A stretch of DNA of 58,651 bases, the filler included, from Catajapyx aquilonaris (Eukaryota), in assembly GCA_000934665.2 (NCBI GenBank). It is 2 parts of 2 records of this genome, joined end to end, with 100 filler letters (N's around TTAATTAATTAA, not from the genome) between each part and the next. Parts side by side here need not be neighbours in the genome. Positions count along the whole stretch, not along the records: positions 29,387 to 58,651 come from JYFJ02004818.1; 1 more part is not named here. One strand, 5' to 3'. The notes beneath the pieces were generated by a model that saw only the letters and a program-made list of their open reading frames with translations, searched no databases and was not told where the DNA came from. The position numbers were made by a program, and so were the translations under genes. Of the stretch, positions 49,363 to 58,651 are shown in pieces; the first letter of the stretch is position 1, and every line of letters begins with the position of its first letter.

Positions 49363-52300
49363 CTGCAGATAGAATCATTCGGACCACGTGAATTTGGGCA
49401 GGTACACACTGCTGTCATATACGCGCCACTGTTACATATACTATATTGAGCCGTCTATCGGTGTTTGTATGGTTTCTTTCGAGCGCAAAAAAATGGCAAA
49501 TCGATTATGATGTAATACAAAAAAATGGAATTTTTTAGTGTGCTGCGCGCTGGTGTTTGTACGGTGCCTATGTAATTATCTCCCCTTGCCCCATAACAAA
49601 TGGAATCGCCCCCAACTACGATCGACGAATATTAAGTCCTTCTGATCCGGAAAACGATTGCAAACCAACGTCATAATTGGGCCCCGGTTTAACAATATCA
49701 GTAATCAATTGTGTGGCAGGTGGTGCGATTCGTGTAGGGACACGCAATAACACATATCATTCGTAATGGCAGGACAGCTACGGCCCTTTCATGTGAGGCA
49801 GGGCCGTGACGGATATGCACTTCGAAACATGTGTTGCAATTCGGTGTCTCCGGCGTTGGAGAAATTGTCACTGGGAACAATGCCATCAAGAATACATCAA
49901 GTGATGGCTGGGGACACTATTAGTATATTCTAGCTATCCCGAGTTCAATTTCCGGAGTCGACTATCTAAGCCCAAGGGTGCCATGCAGTTTCCCTTGGTC
50001 ACTTCTTATAACCAGGGCCGACTGCGAGGGATAATCCGAATATATGAAGACGAAATTCAGGGAGAATATTTCGGTATACCGGTATAACTTCAGCCTAAAA
50101 TCTCAGTCAAAGAGTGAACATTCATGCTCCGATGACATGTAAATGACATCATACAGATATTCCCATAGATGAGCGTGAAAAGTGCAGCACATCACGGTAT
50201 ATTCCCGTTGTCACGCCTTCCTTTTCACACCAACACGTCAGCCAAAATAACCCGGCATTGTCCCCTGCAATAATCTGTGACAAGAATAGTCCCAATGACA
50301 CCTTCTAGACCTTTTTACAAAACACTCCTCCTTCCGTGTTGAAGTTAAGAATTTCGAAACCTACCCAAGGTTGTCACACGTTGCGTGAAATTTCGTGTGT
50401 CATCTTCATATACGAAGAATGTACTTTGGGACCGACAGACAAGAGCCAAAGATTAGCGTTTGTCACATTTATTTATATGGAGGATTAGCATTTTAAAATA
50501 GAAACAGCAAATCAGCAAACATAATTTCATATTAAATCAGTTGTGTATAACTATAGTTTTTTCGTATATATCCTGTAAGTCCCACTACATGCGGCACACT
50601 TGACTGTCAGCAGGCATGTGCCGCAAATATAGTCTAATTTATAATAGGATACACGAAAGAGGGAGGGTCTGCAATCGCGACAATACCACGAGGCAAATGT
50701 TTTGTTACAATGTAACAGTATCGATTTATCTGCTGCATTAATTTATAGGCAAATATGTCACGAATAATTGGAATACAAGCTCTTTTTCACTCCTAGTATA
50801 CAAGTATGATAATAATCTTATGTGACTACTGTATAACACAAGGTATAACGCTTACTTATAGACACCAAATGGGCTGAATCGATCGTGTTCAGTAATTTTT
50901 GTTACTTGCACGAGCCGTATTACACGATTTTTATGGCTGCCATTAAACCGGCAGGAAAGACATTTGGCAAATATGCCAAAAATTACAATTTGCAGTCGCC
51001 TTAATTGAACAAAGTGAAACCGTTCAATACTTCGATACCTTATACGCTAATTCCCATCCAGGTTTCATATGAAAACCCGAAGTGCAGAATGATCAGAGTC
51101 ACATTATGGTCAAAACTGATGAAGTGGGCATTGTATACAGTGTATTCATACAGACGCGTACTTTCCGATGGTGAATTTAATTTTCTGACCCAGTAATGTT
51201 TGAACATGAATTAGTACCCATAAGGGACAACGCAATTTTTAAATTGTAAACCGCCTTCATATCACGAAATCACTCCAGTGTGACTGTTCGTTCTGCATTT
51301 CATGTCTTTATATTAATCATGTATGCCGGGGAAGAGAGGAAAGTCAGACATTGACGCCCATCAGGTCTTGGGACACGACCGACTCCGTCAATTACCTAGC
51401 CATCATTAATATTTATAAGGTTAGGTGGCCACGTTTCTGTTTGTCGCCAGCAGTCAACTTATGGCAATAACACACAACGACATACTACATGCTTTCAGTA
51501 TACCGTACTGTATAACCCTCATTGTGGGGTATAATATATTTTAGTCCCGCTCTGTGACCAATCACGATTGGAAAATTTTTCGAAGTTGACGGAACTCGAC
51601 ACGTGACCCCTGACCTAACATTTGGTGAGTTTTGCAATTTATTTGAATTAACTAGAGATTGAAATGTTGGCGAGACCCCAAATTAGGCCACTTTTTGAAT
51701 GGCTTCTTCTCTCTCGTTACGATCGTGCTTGGGTTCAAATGACTATAGTGATTGCGACACATATATGAACTAAGCTATAGGTGAGGGAACTACATACAGT
51801 GATAATTAGCGCGTACTTCCTAACTCGCAGCTATTAAAACAAATTAGCAGATACAAATTATATCTGCTAATGCTGCTACTAATTACGAGCTAGAAATTGT
51901 AATTTTAGCAGTGCAATGGCAAATCAAGGAAGAAAGGAAGATAGCACACCTACTTTTTAACTAACAAGACACCCTATCTATTTTGAATAATATTTTTAGG
52001 TATGGTTGCACCACTGGAGATAAACTGTCGACGGAAGATTCATACTTGGCATTGATTGTATGAAAATATTTTATAACACTAACAAGGATATATCCTCCAT
52101 TCATTGTCTACATGCAACTGAGCCCCAAGAGTGGGTTAACATGACATAATTCACGCTATGCTGATATTGTCAAAATCAGTGAGAATCAACTTGTTAATAA
52201 CGTATAGATTTTCGGTGGTAAATTACTGTTTGTATTACAGTCTGAGGTCAGCCGTACAACAGTTCAGAAGTGTTTGGAGAAAATAATGAGAAACCCTGAC

Positions 52301-55300
52301 ATCAATCGGATCACACAATGTTCATTTATGATTCACCCAAATGAAGTGGCATGCATAGATCCCTATTAAATATTAAAATTATTTTCTTACACTTTTGTAG
52401 ATGAAAGTTTAAATTTCCCAACCAATCAACCATAAAGTAATCCAGCATATTTAGCTAACAGATAAGCATAGAAAAACAAGGTGAAACAAGTGAGCCGGTA
52501 ATTCAGGAGACGAAGATGGTTTGACCAATTTCAGCCGACTTACAGTTATTCGCGCCAGAAAAGGCAGTCATTCTCATGTTTGGCAGTTTAATCGGAATTT
52601 GATAGAAATTTCCCGTTCTCGGTGGCACATCTGGCATATAGCATTCACTTGTCAAAATGATTCGATCCGCCACCCACGAGTTCTGAGGTATGGGCTACCA
52701 CATTGCCAAATGTTTGGTATGCCGTTTTTGTCATGATTTCAAAGGTCGACAGTACAGTATGAGCAAGAAATTCATGTTACTTAACATCCTTGCCATTGAT
52801 CAAAGTTTATCCTGCAGTTAAGGTTTTTTTTTCTTTCCAAATGGCACTTTTTAAGGCCTAAAAGGCTGCGTCGCTAAATAGCCCACTGCAATATGCTGGT
52901 ATTTCTTCTATGTGTTCTCACGGTAAATGGAACACCTGCAAAAAGGTGACACGCAATCCAATACACCTTAACTGTCTCGTTAACAGTCGATACAAGTTCA
53001 TGGTCAGTCTTTCAAACAAAAAACTGAACAACCTCAAACCTCAATCTAGCGGACAGGTAACAACAACAACAACAAAAAAGAAGCAACCTCGCCGCGCAAT
53101 TCACTATTTCTCTCACGTGAAATTGTACCTGTTTACACCATACTCATACTTTTAAATGGCAAAAAGTAGTTAACACAACCTGGGTTGGGTCAGCCTGACG
53201 TCACACACTCATCCAACCAGACAATTATTTATTCAAGCGACATTTTCCCCCCTGCAAGATTTTGCGCAATTTTTGGCAGTCACCTCCTGGGCCGCAAGAC
53301 ATTAAGCACTTTGATGCAGCAACCCAGAAAATTAATTATGATATACGACCCATTACCCTAATGCGTCTCTCAGTCAACATGCATGCGGTATTCCTTCCTC
53401 CCCATGCTCTCTCTATGCGTGCCGGACTTACAGCTCCTCTCACGCACATTTTCGCCCCAATAAATCTCTCCATGTTCTAAAACCACTCTCCATTTTATTC
53501 TCAGACCCATTACTAAGGTACATAATGAATCTGGACGAATCTGTCCCGCACCTGACCCGAGAGGTAAAACGAGGGCAGGGCAAGTCTGATTTGTGTTGGG
53601 CGTGTGTGTGGGAGAGGCCCAGTAGGCAGCTATCGATTGGACTCTTCACAAAGCTTGTGGGCTACAAGCTAAGCTACGGCTATTATTACAGTTCAGTCCC
53701 CTCTGAAACCACTCATGTGGGAAACTCTCATTTATTCATTCGGCAGGACAAGACCTGATAATGGTCCGCGCGGGCCTCAGCGCGCCCGCACGAAACCGCG
53801 CGACCTTTGGTAAGACAGGTTGTGAAGAAATTGAAACGAGGATGGGCCAACCATATAACGTCAGAGTATGGGACAACCATCTCGGACGGCTCTTGAGGTA
53901 AAAAGATCGATGTGGAGGTTGGCCCCACCCCTACTGGCTGCTGCAGGTATATCGCATACCCACCTGGGGAACTGGGAGGCCGAATCACGATCATGTCCTG
54001 GGTGGGTCAAAGGTCAGAGCGGCGTCTTTGCTTCTGTCTGGTCCATGGTTTCAGCCATGGCACACTGGGACATGTGTCGCACACGCATGCACGCACACAC
54101 TCACGCACTTGCATTTGCCGCCATGGTGTCACGTGCGGCGGCGCCCTTGGGGGCCACCCCTCCTATCCCTACCACCACCTCCTCCTCCGCCATTCTTCCT
54201 CCATCTGACCATGGTGTCCCATCCTCAGCGCCACTCGTCACCCCCATCCTCCCCTCCCTCCCTCCCCACAACAATTTCGGTTGGGAGGAGTGTGACTGCG
54301 CATGTTCCTTTTTGGGGGAACTACTATACATGGAACAATCTCGCAATTGGGACACATTCTCACGGGGGCCCTCTCCTCCCTACGTCCGAAAATGGTCTTG
54401 GACGTTCCGACTCAGACCTTTTTACGCTTTGGAATAATCCATACTGGTACCGCTGCGTCTGATGGGATTGAAAACGGATTGTTTCACAGCTTCGTCGCAC
54501 ACCTCGGTGCTTATAGTATTACACGTCTTCGTGGATTCGCTACGATGAAATGTGAAGAACTGAAATGCAGAACGATCATTCACACTGCACTGGAATGATT
54601 TCGAGATTTGGAAGTCTGATGATTGCACTGTCCCTGTTGGTTTTTTTTTTTNTTTTTTTTTTTGGGGGGGGGGGGGGGGAGAGGTCGTCAAACATTTCTC
54701 TGGGGAACTGTAATTCCTATCAGGAAAATGACTGAACTATCAGAAAGTAGGCCGCAAAGGGCACATTACGCTACGTTTAACACAATGTCGACCAGTATGT
54801 GACTCGAATCGTTCTGTATTTCAGGCCTTCATATGAATCGTTGTTCAATATGAGGTCTACCCGTTTATAAAGTAATGGACAAATGTGCTTATTATTTTGC
54901 TTTCCCGATGATATCTCGTTAATTCGGCGCACTGTGGACCTCTTCTGTGCGGCATTGAGAAATAGCGTTCCAACAATACCTGAATAAATTGGCCTAAGAG
55001 GATGCATCGCAGCTTCAACTATTTTGATGAAAACTTTGGGCTTGATTCTACCATCCTCGTCGAGATCGTCATCCCCCGTCTTCCATTCCAACACAACCCC
55101 TCCTTTATGGACGTTTATTCCGGGAATTCAGAATTCTACGGAAATCAAGACGGTGCTCAATCTGGTATGCCGGTGTACATTACGAGTGGTTCGTACGAGT
55201 ATGCTGGGCATAAAATCGGGTCTTTTAAAAGTTCAAATCTACGTCATTACTAAGCAAGTGACAATAACAATAGCAATAAAGGTGATGTCAATCCAAAGTG

Positions 55301-58300
55301 GGCCAAATTGGAATATACATGCAGGTGTCCTTTATAGTTTATCTGACTATGGTGTCGTACCACATGAACTTATTCCTATGTATTTCATGTACAGTATGTA
55401 ACTCCGAGAGCGATAAAATGTCTGCAACGCTTATCAATTTGTGATAGTGGGATGGGAGGCACGGGTTTGCTTGGGGGAAGGGGGTGGGGGCTACCAAATG
55501 AGTCTTAAATGTGTGTTACCCTCACCAGTGGTCATCCCAACTTGAATATCAACATTTGAACTGAGCAAGGTGGGGCGATTTGCATGTTGGGTGCACCCAT
55601 CATAATGACGACATATGGAGGGGGTCTCACTTAAGAGGCCAAATCTCCCTTAGTATTATACTAGCCAACAGGACTGATATGGCCACATGTAGGTAACATA
55701 TAGGGCTACAACATAACTCAAAACCAGGAAAAATAAATATACGTATTTAAAAAAATTAAAAGTTTAAAATTTGAAATTTAAATATTTTTAACACAAAAAT
55801 GTAAAATTTTAAAATTAACCATAGCATACGATTATATCAACCTTTCTGAGTATATTGATATAAAAAGCACGTCTGTGTCACGATTATTTGCCGAGAAACA
55901 GCCAAAAGTAAAACGGCTCGCAAAGAAAAGGCTCAAAATTACCACCCCCCAAAAAACGGGTAAAAATTAAAAAAATAAAATCAAAACGCTTCGGTACAAT
56001 GTTTTAGCAACGCTGTGTCACCATAACCTGTGAATATCATTCAAATCCGCCACATCAAGGGTCCAAACAGGGCCGAACTGACATGGAATCACCTTGAAGA
56101 GTGAGTAACCCTACGTCGTAAATGTAAAATGCAGTGCACGGTGTTCCCAGCAGAAGAGGTCCGTAAACATCGCATTAACATTTCCGTATGTTCTATTTAT
56201 AAGCCCACGATTGTGTGCAGTAAGAAAGTTTATTTATGTATTACAGGTCTCTGTATTTACTGCATTTATGCAACATCCCATATATTTTGATCGTATACTA
56301 TAATAATGTTTCAAAGGGTTAATCTTAACCCTAAAGCCGGGGTACAAATAAATAAAATAAATAAATAAATTTAATAAATAATAATGTTTCAGTTCAAAGA
56401 AAGCCTTAATATGTGACTGATTATAAAGCAGAAAATTAAATCCTCCGGCATGCTTTTTGAAGGCAATGTTTTAAAAACACGGTCTCAAGTTGAAATTTTT
56501 TGCACAATGGCCCTTTGGGTGCACTAATGGCAAATTAAAACAAAAGCAGTAAGGTTACATGCTGATGTGTAAGAATTTTTGTCTTGTCGTTAAGTTAAAA
56601 CGTAAGCATAGCAAACGTGCCCTAGTTTAACTGAACTTTTTGTTTTAAATCGAAACGTCTGGTAGCTTGTAGGTCACATTCACAAATTCCCTTGGCGAAT
56701 TCACGGGCATTCCAGATTCTATCCACTTCGATAAAAAGCCGACCGAGTACCTATCGATAAGTTGACCTGCACCCAGATAATGCCCCATATCATCACGTAC
56801 AGTACTGTAATCGTTTAAAAAAATAATAATTCCACAAGAAAGGCAAAGCAAAATCTCATGCACCAAAGTTATGGCAAGTACTGTAAATGTATAATGCGAA
56901 TTCTGTACATGGGGTTTCCATTTCTATATACGAATGTGGGATGAAATCTAATATACCGGTACCTGAGATAATCCCATGCAAATTATTGTTGGCAACCGTA
57001 GATTTTGCATGAATCCTTGGTGATTATCCTGCTAGTTAGGCCACTCAGATATAGAAAAGGAGCCTAATCAGCAGGATACTTCCTGTTCAATCGTGAGTGG
57101 GAGGTGTCTCAGCATATAAAAGAGCCGGAATTTAGCAAATCAACCACAGCAATTTCACTTCAGAAATTCGAGAGGAACCTATACTTCCAGCTAAGAGACA
57201 CGCACCGTTTACATCACCATGCATTATTGGCAAGAATGAATTTCAGTAAGATTGCAATGGTTGCTTCACTTGAAGAACCTTAGGGCCAGTTGCCTCGAAC
57301 ATAATTTATGAAAAATCTTTGATTTAGTATACAGGTATTCACGATACATAACCTGTGATTTTCTTCCTAAGTTCGTCCATACTACTTGTCGAAAAAAGTT
57401 TCGGCGCAGTCTACAACTTAACAGTACTTTGCCACCAGATGCATACAGTATTGTGAGAGAAATATTCTGGAATGACCAAAATTCGAGTAGCCTATTGTAA
57501 AAATGAAAAGAAAAGTGTCTATGACGACAACGATCCGTTTCCGAGAAAATTTTCCTTCCCGAACAGATTTCCATTATACATACGACAAATGTATATCGAA
57601 AATTTTCCCCTGAGACCGAATAATATGATGTGCTCCAGGATCGTTTTTGCCACAAACCGCCATAATTTCTAATGAAAATGGTTCCTACTAATGTAAAATT
57701 AAAATGTGAAACTCAGTCAGTTGTGCCTAATCTGTGATTGCGGTATTGCGAAAATCCGAATTTGTGAATCGGGCAATTTTGCCAGTTTTCCCGATTTTAA
57801 TTTGCCACAGGATACGCCAGGAACCTTACACAATTTGTTTTAATTTTTATGGCAAGGATAGGTGATGGCCTATTTCTCTAGTTGTCTACATATAAGCAGT
57901 TTAAACAACATACTGTTTTCATATTCGAAGCGTGAGAAAGACATGACATGTTTGTTGGGGTCTTGTTCTGAATCATATGAGCACTTTGTTTATTTTATTT
58001 GTTTCCGGCATTTTGACGGTTTATTTTATTGGGTCAGGTGCTAATTATTGTGATCTGATCTAATTATGGTAAATGCCCATCGTGTAATTCAAAGTGTGCC
58101 CTTTGCGACAAGAACCTATCTGACGAACGTATATACCGTGACGTTACGAAACAAAGGAAGTTTGAGGGACTAAACAATGCAAATGAATGGAGAGGAAGTG
58201 ATACGTACTCGAGACAGATGATCATGATTGTCGCCCGATGTGTCGCCATTGTTACCACGTGAGTGTTTCCTTGGCAACCATATGTGTAAACAGGAGGTTA

Positions 58301-58320
58301 TTTTACAAACCGCGCTGTTC

Positions 58321-58651
58321 TGATCGATCAGCGCAAAACCAGCTTCCAAATTTGAGTTTCAGATGGGACAAACAATGTGGGCTCGTGTAAAATCAGTCGT
58401 ATAAGTGTTATGCTATTCTCATATGTGTTCGAATCGACACGAATATTCGTGTAGATTCGAATTATATGAGAATGGCACAACACTTATACGACTGATTTTA
58501 CACGAGCCCACATTGTTAGTCCAATATGAAACTCAAATTTGGAAGCTGGTTTTGCGCTGATCGATCAAAAACCGATCAAAACCAGCTTCCAAACTTGAGT
58601 TCCATATTGGACTAACAATGTGGGCTCGTGTAAAGTCAGTCGTATAAGTGT
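58321..58651. repeat. Alternating inverted repeat array (forward, reverse, forward) of a ~120-bp unit, running off the window end
   Basis: Palindrome 58321-58567 centred on gaatattc (about 58444); a third, forward copy starts at 58577. Confidence 0.88.

Noticed and set aside
53868..54462. 189-aa and 144-aa ORFs
   Set aside because: C-rich low-complexity DNA open in several frames; no domain.
54980..55007. Possible AREL1 start exon MHPLRPIYS-G with phase-1 donor CAG|gtattg
   Set aside because: The phase fits, but it lacks the expected first half of a SAM-like repeat and such short matches arise by chance. The true first exon may lie outside the window.
55690..56095. AT-rich stretch resembling a MITE interior, ending actgacatggaatcacc
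   Set aside because: No matching opposite terminus or second copy in the window.
1..58651. CRISPR array, phage or defence system
   Set aside because: No regularly spaced direct repeats or bacterial-type gene clusters; the DNA is intron-containing eukaryotic sequence.

Overview
Eukaryotic, animal (probably arthropod) genomic DNA from a gapped draft assembly. There is no prokaryotic operon, CRISPR array, rRNA or true tRNA gene. One protein-coding gene is well supported: an AREL1-family HECT E3 ubiquitin ligase on the minus strand. I reconstructed 12 phase-consistent coding exons by hand from 49362 to the stop at 32918 (2792 nt, about 930 codons). The domain order is SAM-like N-terminal extension, hydrophobic segment, filamin/Ig-like region, PH-like region, HECT. 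The start exon was not found. One intron has a GC donor, and the catalytic Cys codon is split by the last intron. The rest of the window is non-coding and rich in non-autonomous foldback/MITE-type elements, including a three-element nested stack, plus two tRNA-headed SINEs and microsatellites. CpG is strongly depleted over about 30-41 kb, which points to gene-body methylation and a possible internal promoter near 42 kb. I do not see convincing evidence for a wholly new biological system. The best leads are the two-isoform AREL1 hypothesis and the unclassified palindromic repeat families. All coordinates were read by eye and no database searches were run.
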